From IMG/VR virus record IMGVR_UViG_3300021387_001774, positions 96,001-160,000 of that record: a stretch of DNA of 64,000 nt, one strand, 5' to 3'. Every line of letters starts with the position of its first letter. Within the stretch, counting starts at the first letter, position 1. Shown here piece after piece: positions 40,994 through 51,165 of the stretch. This DNA is from a virus. Lineage: Duplodnaviria > Caudoviricetes. The notes under the pieces are model-generated. The model had not been told where the DNA came from. It saw nothing but the letters and a program-made list of their open reading frames with translations, and searched no databases. The position numbers and the translations under genes are program-made.

Positions 40994-41251
40994 TTACTTA
41001 ATTACATTTGAGCAATCATGATAAATTTTTAATAAAAGTTCACGCACCACATTATAATTTCTTATAATATTAACAATTGAGTTACTATCAATCGATGGAT
41101 ATTCATCTGGATTCTTAGCGGAATCCGCTAATCCACTCATAATATTATCAATTGTATCGAGACTAAGTTTCAATGATGTATAAATATGTGATGATAACAA
41201 TGAAACATCATTAGCTAATTTCAGTTCTTTCTCATTGTAGTTCTTTTCCAT
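40994..41251 (-). CDS. Hypothetical early protein
   Basis: AGGAG SD before MEKNY. Confidence 0.55.
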   Translation of the reverse strand: MEKNYNEKELKLANDVSLLSSHIYTSLKLSLDTIDNIMSGLADSAKNPDEYPSIDSNSIVNIIRNYNVVRELLLKIYHDCSNVIK

Positions 41252-41391
41252 TCGCTCTCCTTTCTTTATCACAATATCTTATGACCATAGATAAAGATAT
41301 GGCATATGTAGTTTTCTCTCTACATCGTTTCATAAATATAATATATAAATAAAAAAAATAAAGGTAGGATATAATCCTACCTTTATTTTAA

Positions 41392-41829
41392 TTAAAGTTC
41401 TTCATCAACGATTCGTTTGAATTCATCCCAACTTATTTTATCAAAAGATATTGGAATATCTGATTTATTATCTTTGAAATCTTCTTCACATAATGTGCGA
41501 TAAATGGCGATAATTTTATCAGCATTTGGATTTTTTGATATAACGTGGAGCATATAAAATAAATCTGTTTTATGAAGAGTCAATTTATTATGACATTTGA
41601 ACCAAGCAGAAATCATTTGTTTAGTATAACCCATTTGTTCGCTCAATTTAGTTAAATTGATTCCTCCGATAATCATGGATGAATAAAGAAATTCAAATCT
41701 TATCGATTTAATATCTGTAATTTTATATCGATGATAACTCATATTACGCTCCTTCAGTTCTTTTTTCTGTTTATAATATTTTTTCTGATATTCTTTATTG
41801 TACTCTCTCATTTCTTCTTTAGTTTTCAT
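41392..41829 (-). CDS. HTH (XRE-like) protein with a KEYxKKY leader
   Basis: LTKLSEQMGYTKQMISAW. Confidence 0.6.
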   Translation of the reverse strand: MKTKEEMREYNKEYQKKYYKQKKELKERNMSYHRYKITDIKSIRFEFLYSSMIIGGINLTKLSEQMGYTKQMISAWFKCHNKLTLHKTDLFYMLHVISKNPNADKIIAIYRTLCEEDFKDNKSDIPISFDKISWDEFKRIVDEEL

Positions 41830-41977
41830 ATTTCTTTTCTTCCTTATGTTTATAGTAGTATCATCTCTACTTCGATAATATAATTAATAATAAGTGTAAC
41901 ACACTCATTAATATAATATATAATTAAAAAAATAAAGGTAGGATAAATTATATCCTACCTTTTAATTAATTAAGTAA

Positions 41978-42904
41978 TTATTTCATATTAAAACATTCGT
42001 CAATAAAATATGCTAAAAGATTTTTAGCAGAAGCTAATTCTTTAGATTCATCAATAGTACTATAGAATTCACAATCTTTAATTTTAGGTTCAATATACTT
42101 ATTATAACGCCTTTTAATACTTTCTAATTCAAATATATCATTTTCTCTAAGCTCATTACACATAGCAATCATATTTTTATCAGTTCCATATCTTTCAGGA
42201 TAATATTTTTCAACAATATTGAATATCTGATTCTTTATGTATTGTACAATAGAAATAGTTACAGAATAATTTGAATTTTTCAATTCGTCTGATTGTTTAA
42301 TCGAATTTCTTAATTCAGATTTTGATAAAGTATTTTTGTGGAACAAAGATTCATATACGAATTTCAAAATATATTCGCTAGTTTCTTTATCACTCTTTTC
42401 GATTATTTGATAAGCTCGTTCGAGTAAAAGCATTTTATATGTTTTAATCAACTTACTTATATCTATACACATTTTCTGCATCATTGTTGATCCATCTATG
42501 ATTTTTGTTTTATTATGTTTTAGATTTACAGTACTACCAAAAAGATTTTCAAATCCAGTTCCAGTAAATAAATCGTTGAATTCTTTATCTGAATCTTTAG
42601 TTTTAAGAGCTAATTCATCAGGATAATATTTTTCAACAATATTAATTATATTATTAAATGTTAATAATAAAATATTTTTATCATCAATTAAACTATTAGT
42701 TAAATTTCCGAGAGTTACACTAGTTTTTTCAAACATTTCCGTAGGGTTGAAACCACCAAAATATGTTTTATGGTGTCTTTCCAGTTCATTTTGTGTAGCT
42801 TCTTTTTCTCGTTTTTCTTGAATTTTAGTTATAACGATTGGTAAACCAATACTAATACCAAGTATTCCTAATGCTTCAAGAATTGATTTAACAGTATCAT
42901 TCAT
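41978..42904 (-). CDS. Hypothetical protein with an N-terminal membrane anchor
   Basis: 308 aa; internal repeat NIVEKYYP twice. Confidence 0.65.
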   Translation of the reverse strand: MNDTVKSILEALGILGISIGLPIVITKIQEKREKEATQNELERHHKTYFGGFNPTEMFEKTSVTLGNLTNSLIDDKNILLLTFNNIINIVEKYYPDELALKTKDSDKEFNDLFTGTGFENLFGSTVNLKHNKTKIIDGSTMMQKMCIDISKLIKTYKMLLLERAYQIIEKSDKETSEYILKFVYESLFHKNTLSKSELRNSIKQSDELKNSNYSVTISIVQYIKNQIFNIVEKYYPERYGTDKNMIAMCNELRENDIFELESIKRRYNKYIEPKIKDCEFYSTIDESKELASAKNLLAYFIDECFNMK

Positions 42905-43045
42905 AATTCTTATTCATCCTTATGTTATATTAGTAGTAACATCACTACTTCCTATTTAATTAATATTTATAAGAATCAACGATCCTTTTACATAAATATA
43001 ATATATAATTAAAAAAAGAAAGGACCGAAGTCCTTTCTTTTACTT

Positions 43046-43249
43046 TTAATCTTTTCTAATTAATGTCCTTATAAAGATTTCCATATCAATTTTCTTATCA
43101 AAATTAAGTTTTCTTGTTTTTCCACTAATAAAATGTATTTCTAATTGACATTTATTTTCACTTTCTTCATACGGTAATATTTCTTCGACTGTATCAGGAT
43201 TTATACAATAGTTCGTTTTTTCAAAAACTTTTATAAGTCCATTACCCAT
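43046..43249 (-). CDS. Small hypothetical protein downstream of tubulin
   Basis: Starts 1 nt after the tubulin stop. Confidence 0.55.
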   Translation of the reverse strand: MGNGLIKVFEKTNYCINPDTVEEILPYEESENKCQLEIHFISGKTRKLNFDKKIDMEIFIRTLIRKD

Positions 43250-43250
43250 A

Positions 43251-44537
43251 TTAGATCAAGTCCATGAGGTCTTTATGATTGACTACCTTTGCATTAAAGG
43301 TATCGCTCAATTCCTCAGCATCTTTCTGAACAGTGCTGAAACCAGTAGACTGTTCTTTCATAACATTGTGTTTCTTCTGATTAGCTACTCTCAAACGTCT
43401 TTCATTATCACGAAGATCTTCTACGACAGCATTGAGAGACTTGTAACCGAAGAATCCGACCATGGAAGCTGAGATAAGATCCTTAGCTACCTGATCTACA
43501 TTCAAACCTGATTCTTTAAGATCAAAGAACACTGATGTTGTATCCAAAGACATTACATCAATAGAATTCATCATATTCTTTGCAGCTGATTCTTCTTTGC
43601 TAAGATCTTCTACATCATGTCTAAGCATAAGAACTGTTCTTGCTACAGACTGACCTCTTGGTGTCGCATAGTTGAACTGATTCTGCTTTGTAATTGTTGT
43701 AAATGATGAACAACCAGGAATACGAAGAACGTTAATCTTGTCCTGAAGGTCCATACACTTAATGCTTGAATTCATTTCTACACCGAAGAACTTAACCCAA
43801 GGTGCTACAATTCTAGCATTAATAATATTAAACATTTCGTCTGTATCATTGAACTTAACATCATCTGGAAGATTGTTATCTGCAATGAAGAAGTTACAAA
43901 GACCCAGATCTACAAACTTCTGGATATCCAAGAAGCATTCGATATTGTTCTGCAAGTTAGTAGAACCTGATTCAATTCTACAACGAGGTACAAGACCTAC
44001 TACTACAGGACGTGGTACATTTCTCATCATATCATCAATTTTGTATTCTTTATCACCAATTCTGAATGATTCACAACTGTTAATATAGTTTGCAAGTGTT
44101 GCTGTGAATGCCGGACCAATACCTGAACCAGTACCACCATCAGCACTAAATACACTGATAATAATTGTTTGTTCTGTTGGATGGAAGAGGACCTCTTCAT
44201 AGTATCCAATAAACGCTGTTAATGCATCAAGATCTTCTTTTCCATAAATGTTCGTTTGTTTGAAGTTTTTATAGAAACTCTTAGCAAGGTCTCTATTCTT
44301 TCCTGCTCCGTTTACATTTACACCACCGATTTTAAATGTCTGCTGATCAGGAAGATCAACCTTCTTAAAATCATCTGTTGATGTGTTAATTGCGATACGA
44401 TAAGGATTATTTGGAAGCATTGATGCAAGCATTTTACCAATGTTGTATCCACCCTGTCCCTGTGAAATAATCACAAATCGCACCTTCTGCTCATCGCCTT
44501 TCTTTACGACAACTGTCTCGTTACCTGTTTCGTTCAT
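43251..44537 (-). CDS. Tubulin/FtsZ-family GTPase (PhuZ/TubZ-like)
   Basis: GQGGYNIG, INTS..D, GAGK, GGTGSG signature, DN, T7-like MDLQD. Confidence 0.9.
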   Translation of the reverse strand: MNETGNETVVVKKGDEQKVRFVIISQGQGGYNIGKMLASMLPNNPYRIAINTSTDDFKKVDLPDQQTFKIGGVNVNGAGKNRDLAKSFYKNFKQTNIYGKEDLDALTAFIGYYEEVLFHPTEQTIIISVFSADGGTGSGIGPAFTATLANYINSCESFRIGDKEYKIDDMMRNVPRPVVVGLVPRCRIESGSTNLQNNIECFLDIQKFVDLGLCNFFIADNNLPDDVKFNDTDEMFNIINARIVAPWVKFFGVEMNSSIKCMDLQDKINVLRIPGCSSFTTITKQNQFNYATPRGQSVARTVLMLRHDVEDLSKEESAAKNMMNSIDVMSLDTTSVFFDLKESGLNVDQVAKDLISASMVGFFGYKSLNAVVEDLRDNERRLRVANQKKHNVMKEQSTGFSTVQKDAEELSDTFNAKVVNHKDLMDLI

Positions 44538-44647
44538 ATACGAAAACCTCCTGAATGTATTTCTACTCCAATAATATATATTTATAATTATTTTAGATAT
44601 AAAAAAATAAAAGGTAGGATAGTGAAAACACTATCCTACGTAATTAC

Positions 44648-45061
44648 TTATTTTCGATTTGGATTGGCTTTAAACATATCCTCTGGATCATAAATAATTT
44701 TACCATTTCCCCCATGATAATGAATGTAATATTTTTGATAAACTTCATAATCCGATTTACTTAATATCTTTTCTGCTTCAGCTAACACATTTATAATTTC
44801 TTCCTTAGTAATAGGATTACGTTTATAATAGTTTTTCTTCCCTTTATTTGAATTAATTTCTTTCATAACTCTCTTATGAATGTCATAGTACTTAGCAATA
44901 TTCGGTGGTCGTGAATACACCTTAGTACCACAATCATTCATAAGATTATTCTTAATATCTATTCCCATCTTAATTTTATCTGCTGTTTTACAGACAAAAT
45001 CAGGATCAGAACATTTTTGTTTGACGATTTCGATTATACTACTTAATATTCCTTTTTTCAT
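44648..45061 (-). CDS. Hypothetical protein
   Basis: GAGGTG SD. Confidence 0.6.
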   Translation of the reverse strand: MKKGILSSIIEIVKQKCSDPDFVCKTADKIKMGIDIKNNLMNDCGTKVYSRPPNIAKYYDIHKRVMKEINSNKGKKNYYKRNPITKEEIINVLAEAEKILSKSDYEVYQKYYIHYHGGNGKIIYDPEDMFKANPNRK

Positions 45062-45095
45062 TTCTATAATCACCTCTTTATTTCGTTATATTATA

Positions 45096-47840
45096 TTATT
45101 GAGCTCCTTGGTATCTAAATAAAATATTCTTGTTCTTTAATTTCATCTCAGGAACTTTTGATCCTTTCAATAAAATTACATCACAAGGAATATCCTCAAA
45201 TTCCCCATTATGTGTTATTATGAAGCATGAATTACAATTCATTTCATCTACTCTCTTTTGAATCATATCGATAAATCCCATTCGACGCTTTTCATCTAAT
45301 GGACCATCAACTTCATCAAGTCTTAATACATCATATCCATTATTCTCAATATTTGATTCTATTATACTAAACGATATAGCAGCATTAATTGTTTCTCTCT
45401 CACCCTGTGAACACAATGATGCATCTTTTATTTCTACTCCATCTTTTTCCATAACAATAGAAAAATCTGTAGCATCCAATTTAAATTCTTTAATCTTAAG
45501 ATCTGAACCCCACATACTATTCATATCTTCGTTCGTTTTTATAGTTAAATCATTTAAGAACTTTTCTATTTTCCAACTTGGATATCCTACTTTCGGAGAC
45601 CAAATTTTATTTAATATGTTTACTCTATTAAACTTTTCTTGTATCTCATTACGCATCTTTTCTATTTGTCGTTTACTGATAAAGAATGTAGTCATTTCAT
45701 CACGTTTCTTATTAAGATTAAGTAATTCATTTTCTAATTCTGTTTTCTTAGGCAATAAAGTATTATCTATATAATTCTTATTAGAATTATAGATATAAGT
45801 GCTTCTATTCCATATATGTAATACATTCTTCCATTTCTTAAGATTTTCACTTACTTTATTATATTCATCAAAATCTTTATCACGTTGTCTGAATATTTCT
45901 TGCGAATTTCTATATGTATCCAATTTCTTCATTAGATCTTCTATATAATCCATAAGATTATTTTTATTTCTCATAGAGTCTTCATACTTAGTATTAAGAT
46001 CATTTAACTTAGCTTGAATCTTTTCATTATTTGTTACTAAAGTCTTTAGTTGATTCAAATCATTTATAGATTTCAACAATTCTTCTTTCTTACGTATAAC
46101 AGTTGAATATTCATAAAGATCATTCATAATCATTTTTATTTCATTCATTTTAATATATATAAATACTGGTTCTTTAGTGAAGAAATCTATAAGTATTTCT
46201 GGCATAGATGAAACCAATTCATTATTATTATATAAATAATTTATAATTTCTTTATAATATGTAAATCCTTTCTTATATTCTATAAGAGATCTTTCTATAG
46301 ATTCTCTTTCTTCTTTAAGTTTATTAACTTCTTCTGTAGAATTTCTAGAACGTTCGTATAATTCTTTTAGATTATCTTTTGGATTAAGATATTTCATGAG
46401 TTCTTCTACTATTCCACAGGAATGATTCTTACAAAAATCTGGACGTTTCATGAGAATTTCTGTATCAAGATTACCATGCTCGTATTTATAAATTTCATTG
46501 TTAATAAATGTAAGATTCTCAAATGTCTTAGTATACATTTCGATTACAGTTTGTAATCGTTTTTCTTTATTAGAAATACTTTCTTCTAGACTACTCATGT
46601 CTTTTATGCTGTCAAGACTAATAAGATTATTTAAATACAAGAATTGAGCATCCAATTTCTGCAAGAATTCTGTATATCTATTATAGTTTATATTGTATTC
46701 ATCCAAATTTTCGTTAGGATATTTTTCTTCATATTCTTCTATAGAAGAATCAATAGATTTCAATAATTCTTCATTTCTAAAAATAGTTTCATGAATATTA
46801 TTTAAATCCATATCATTTAACTTCTCATCATTATTTAATAATGACATATTGCTAGAAATTTCTGATGTTAAAATAGCTATAGTTTCTTCAACATGAGTTA
46901 ATTTATCATGCAATGATTTCAATTTATTTTCTAGTTCATGTGTCTTTTCTTCTATATTACAATCAAGATCTATTTCAGAAAGATTCTTATATTTTTCTTG
47001 AAGAATATCATATTTCTTTTTATGATTTTCTGTATATTTCTTAAAATCTATAATACAATCAGAAATATATTTCATTTCTTTTACATTCGGTTGTATTTGA
47101 TCTTGATAAGTATTCAATTGAACTATTTTAGATTCTATCTCTTTCAGTTGTTTATTGATATTCTCTATATTAGTATTCATGAAGTTTAATTCTAGTTCAT
47201 AATTGATACTACTCATATTACCAATTTGTTTATTATAATTATCTATATCTTTCTTAAACTTTGATAATACTTTAGAAGATAATTTAAAAGCATCTAGAAA
47301 TTCAGCAATTTCGGGCATCCATTCACTTATATATGAATTTCTTTCTGTAGGACTCATAGAAATAAAGTTTTTACTATTTCCACTACCACAAAGATATCCC
47401 ACATTTGTATAATTTTTCTTTATATGAAGTTCATGCTCAATTACTTCTAGATAAGATTCTACATTTCCATTTGGATTTAGATCTATTTCTTTACCATCGA
47501 TATATTTAACTATAAAGCATTTAGTAGATTTTACAGGATCATAAACTATTTTAATCTTATATAATACTACACCATCAACCAAATAGTCCAATTCCTTTAT
47601 GCCTAATAATTGTTTACCATTTTCATCTTTAAGAATTCTAGATTTATTTCTAGGTCCAAAATGCTCTAATGGAAATGGTGTCATTTCTGATAATAAAGAT
47701 GTCTTACCAGATCCATTATCACCAAGTAACAGAATAATATTATTATTTGATTTTGACCTATCTATTTCTAATTCTTTTACACCTATACCTAGATAAACTC
47801 CTACAAAGTTAACAAGCTTGATTCGTAATAAATTAACCAT
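45096..47840 (-). CDS. SbcC/Rad50-like SMC ATPase
   Basis: GDNGSGKT, long coiled coil with central CKNHSC hook, CSQGE signature, LRLDE, ITH. Confidence 0.9.
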   Translation of the reverse strand: MVNLLRIKLVNFVGVYLGIGVKELEIDRSKSNNNIILLLGDNGSGKTSLLSEMTPFPLEHFGPRNKSRILKDENGKQLLGIKELDYLVDGVVLYKIKIVYDPVKSTKCFIVKYIDGKEIDLNPNGNVESYLEVIEHELHIKKNYTNVGYLCGSGNSKNFISMSPTERNSYISEWMPEIAEFLDAFKLSSKVLSKFKKDIDNYNKQIGNMSSINYELELNFMNTNIENINKQLKEIESKIVQLNTYQDQIQPNVKEMKYISDCIIDFKKYTENHKKKYDILQEKYKNLSEIDLDCNIEEKTHELENKLKSLHDKLTHVEETIAILTSEISSNMSLLNNDEKLNDMDLNNIHETIFRNEELLKSIDSSIEEYEEKYPNENLDEYNINYNRYTEFLQKLDAQFLYLNNLISLDSIKDMSSLEESISNKEKRLQTVIEMYTKTFENLTFINNEIYKYEHGNLDTEILMKRPDFCKNHSCGIVEELMKYLNPKDNLKELYERSRNSTEEVNKLKEERESIERSLIEYKKGFTYYKEIINYLYNNNELVSSMPEILIDFFTKEPVFIYIKMNEIKMIMNDLYEYSTVIRKKEELLKSINDLNQLKTLVTNNEKIQAKLNDLNTKYEDSMRNKNNLMDYIEDLMKKLDTYRNSQEIFRQRDKDFDEYNKVSENLKKWKNVLHIWNRSTYIYNSNKNYIDNTLLPKKTELENELLNLNKKRDEMTTFFISKRQIEKMRNEIQEKFNRVNILNKIWSPKVGYPSWKIEKFLNDLTIKTNEDMNSMWGSDLKIKEFKLDATDFSIVMEKDGVEIKDASLCSQGERETINAAISFSIIESNIENNGYDVLRLDEVDGPLDEKRRMGFIDMIQKRVDEMNCNSCFIITHNGEFEDIPCDVILLKGSKVPEMKLKNKNILFRYQGAQ

Positions 47841-47965
47841 TTGTGAAACCTTCCTTTATCGATTTCATAATATATATTCATATTAAAGTTTAATTACAAA
47901 AGTACAATATAATGTATAAAAAATATTTTAAATATATATTATGTATATGCACGATGAGTGTATTT

Positions 47966-48039
47966 GGCTCTGTAGCTCAGTTGGATAGAGCAATTGCCTT
48001 CTAAGCAATGGGTCGGCGGTTCGAGCCCGTCCAGGGTCG
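47966..48039 (+). tRNA. tRNA-Arg (anticodon UCU)
   Basis: Acceptor GGCTCTG/CAGGGTC, D-arm TAGCTCAGTTGGATAGAGC, anticodon arm ATTGC-CTTCTAA-GCAAT, GTTCGA T-loop. Confidence 0.93.
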
Positions 48040-48084
48040 TACCATTCAGTACGAATGGATAAATATATTTAAGGAGGGTAATAT

Positions 48085-48456
48085 ATGATTACCATTACAC
48101 ATCGTGAAATCTCAGCTAGTACAGCTGGTAGATTGGGAAAAGACGTAACTGCAGAATCAGTAGGAAACATTGTTACTGAATATGCAAAAACTGCGTTCGA
48201 TCTCATGAAAGAAAAAGGACCAAATAGTAGTAAAGAAAAGACATTAGTAGAAACACCTCTGTGTGGTTATGAAGTGAATTACCACGAAAATATGACTAAG
48301 ACAAATCCAGATGGAACTAAACAGAATGTAGGAGCAAGACGTACAGTTAAAGTTGCTCTTCCAAAGACATTGCTTGAAGGTCTTAATGCAGACCTATTGA
48401 AACTTGGTGCAAAGATTATTAAAGCTGTAATTGATTCAAAGAAAGAAGCTGCATAA
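48085..48456 (+). CDS. HU/IHF-like DNA-binding protein
   Basis: TNPDGTKQNVGARRTVKVALPKTLLEGLN parallels the HU arm RNP.TG....PA....F...K.LK..VN. Confidence 0.6.
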   Translation: MITITHREISASTAGRLGKDVTAESVGNIVTEYAKTAFDLMKEKGPNSSKEKTLVETPLCGYEVNYHENMTKTNPDGTKQNVGARRTVKVALPKTLLEGLNADLLKLGAKIIKAVIDSKKEAA

Positions 48457-48529
48457 AAATTATTAGTTATTATTATTTAGCTAAATAATACTAAGAGGTC
48501 TACGAGACCTCTTAGTTTATATATTTTTT

Positions 48530-50329
48530 TTATTCTTCTTCGATATTTTTTGAAGTTGCGTTATGTCGTTTTTTATCTTGTAACTCTTTATCATATACAT
48601 AAATATTATAAAGAGCGGGTTTCATTTGTTTAAAGTTACCTTTATCATCTATGCCACAAGCGTAGACATTAGAAACCATTTTCTTATGCATCTTATTATA
48701 AAGTGCTGAAGCCACATTACCATATATCAATCCAAATTTTGCTCTAGCAGAACTTAACGATCTATTATACATATAGGATCTACCATCGATCTTTTGTATA
48801 ACTAAATCTTTACTAAAAACGAATTTGGGATTCATTTTTTTAACAGTCTCATTAATATCACTCAACGAACAACTTTTAAGATTATTCTTATTCAACCATT
48901 CATCTATTTTCTTACAGTTTTCTTCATAATGTTTATCTTTCTTTATGTCATTTATATGAACACAATTCATAAGAGAATCGAAAGCTTCATTGGATTGATA
49001 TTCATCAGATCCATGATAACGTTCACGAACATTTCTTATAAGTTCTTTTATTTCTTTTGGAGGTTCTATCTCAAGTATTCTAGAATACTCATTTTTATCT
49101 CCATAAGTAACTGTAGCATTTTCATATAAGGAAACTATCTTAGATTTAGACTTAGGCATTCCTATGTATGCAGTTTTCTTATTAACAAACTCTTCAGCAC
49201 GTTTATATATACCATTCAAGTTATTCATATTACCCGAAACAAACGTTGCATCGTTATGTGATCCATCTTTTAATTCGATAATATAATTGAGTCTTATATG
49301 AATATTATCATTAGCATTTATTTCATTTTTATAGAGATCCATTCGTTGCTCAACAATATCACGTTTACGTATATCATCTTCTATATAAATATCCACATCA
49401 TCTTTAAATTTTTGAAGATCACAGTACTTTATAAATTCTGTTTCAATCTTATCAATATCATTTGCTAGTTTAGAAATATATTCGTCTAACTTCTCAACTT
49501 CTTCTGGAGAAAAATATTTCGTAGAGTTTTGAATCATTCTTAATCTCTCTTCGTGCTTATTATAAGCTTTATCAATACCGAATGCTGCTCCACCAACAAT
49601 AGAACCCAATAATACCAAGCCTAATGTACCAAAAACTTCTTGAGATCTATTATTTTCTATAGCGAATAATGATTGCTTTCTGAAGAACATTTTATTTGGT
49701 TTATAATTCTTAACAATAGACATTTCTCTATCACGTTTACCACGAATAAGAAGATCTTCAGATTTATTATATTTTCGTTTCTGAATAAGATTAAGTGTAA
49801 AAAATCTAAAATTATTCTGTACACCTTCATCAATAGGTCGTACGTCGAATCCATATGGATTCATTTTAGACTTTATCCCTTGTATACATATATCTCTTAT
49901 AGAATTAAAATCTTTAACACAGAATGTTTTTGGCATACCTTGATTCGCCAATCTATCCCATCTTTCTTTTTTGATATACAGTTTGAATGATACTGGGAGT
50001 TCAAATTCAATAGTTTTACCTATAATTTGATCATTAGCATCCATACAAACCGCATGACGGAATAAATACTGACAATATTCTGATTTCTCATATGCCGTAA
50101 ATCGTTTATTCAAATCTTTAGGAATAGGTTCTATACCATCAATCATCAATACTTTAAGGTCATTGGTATATCTTCCTTCTAAAAACTTTCTACAAACTGT
50201 TACATAAGTGTCCCAATCATCTTGATAACATCTTTCGATACGTTCAGTATACTTATCACAATAACGTTCTAATAGATCTTCTCTACTCGGAACAATATAT
50301 AATTTAGGACAAAATTCAGGTTTCTTCAT
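48530..50329 (-). CDS. Hypothetical protein
   Basis: 599 aa; internal S-x-E motifs and one hydrophobic helix. Confidence 0.7.
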   Translation of the reverse strand: MKKPEFCPKLYIVPSREDLLERYCDKYTERIERCYQDDWDTYVTVCRKFLEGRYTNDLKVLMIDGIEPIPKDLNKRFTAYEKSEYCQYLFRHAVCMDANDQIIGKTIEFELPVSFKLYIKKERWDRLANQGMPKTFCVKDFNSIRDICIQGIKSKMNPYGFDVRPIDEGVQNNFRFFTLNLIQKRKYNKSEDLLIRGKRDREMSIVKNYKPNKMFFRKQSLFAIENNRSQEVFGTLGLVLLGSIVGGAAFGIDKAYNKHEERLRMIQNSTKYFSPEEVEKLDEYISKLANDIDKIETEFIKYCDLQKFKDDVDIYIEDDIRKRDIVEQRMDLYKNEINANDNIHIRLNYIIELKDGSHNDATFVSGNMNNLNGIYKRAEEFVNKKTAYIGMPKSKSKIVSLYENATVTYGDKNEYSRILEIEPPKEIKELIRNVRERYHGSDEYQSNEAFDSLMNCVHINDIKKDKHYEENCKKIDEWLNKNNLKSCSLSDINETVKKMNPKFVFSKDLVIQKIDGRSYMYNRSLSSARAKFGLIYGNVASALYNKMHKKMVSNVYACGIDDKGNFKQMKPALYNIYVYDKELQDKKRHNATSKNIEEE

Positions 50330-50353
50330 CTCATCACTCCAAATTTAAGTATA

Positions 50354-51115
50354 TTATTTTGTCGAGGTTTTAATGATTTCATTTAAGTTTATTTCTATTG
50401 TATTATATATTGAACAGAAATCTTTAAACATAAAATCGATAATACGGTTATACATATGCATAATATTATTAGATTCACCAAAAAACATATCATCTGTATA
50501 GAAATGTTTTATACCATCTTTAATGTCGTATATATCATAAAAATAATATCTCTTAAGGGATTCTTTCTTTAGCTTTTTGATCTTATCATGTCTATCTTGG
50601 AAATCTAATTCATTCATAGAGTTTATAACACAACTATTATGAACAATTTCTTTAAGAGAACTCAATGAAGAACGAATATAAGATGTTTCATCTTTAAACG
50701 AATCCAAAACATTCATAAAACGAGAAATTTCTATTTCATTTAATAATGTCATTTCTTTTGAGTTCTTATATATTTCGTCATAATAAAACTTATCTATAAA
50801 CCAAATAAATTCATCGATCTGTACAAATATATCCTTTAAGAAAATAAGAGAATTATAGAAGTTAGAAAGATTAAGAAATACTTTCTTTAAAAGGTTTTTA
50901 TTTTTAACTAAGTCTACCTTTTTAATAGATGTATTTTCATCTACTCCAAATAATAGAACTTTCATTATATTAAATACATCATTTTCAGAAAATAAACTAT
51001 ACAATTTATCATTTTCTTTAGCCAAACTTTCTACATACGGAATAAATTTTTCTTTAAGATTTATAGTCTTTGTATACATAGTTTTGAAAATATTTATTTC
51101 CTTTTCTTTATCCAT
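50354..51115 (-). CDS. Hypothetical protein
   Basis: AGGAG SD. Confidence 0.65.
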   Translation of the reverse strand: MDKEKEINIFKTMYTKTINLKEKFIPYVESLAKENDKLYSLFSENDVFNIMKVLLFGVDENTSIKKVDLVKNKNLLKKVFLNLSNFYNSLIFLKDIFVQIDEFIWFIDKFYYDEIYKNSKEMTLLNEIEISRFMNVLDSFKDETSYIRSSLSSLKEIVHNSCVINSMNELDFQDRHDKIKKLKKESLKRYYFYDIYDIKDGIKHFYTDDMFFGESNNIMHMYNRIIDFMFKDFCSIYNTIEINLNEIIKTSTK

Positions 51116-51165
51116 AAACAACTCCTAAAAAATAAAGACCCCGAAGTAATCGGGGTCTTAGTAAT

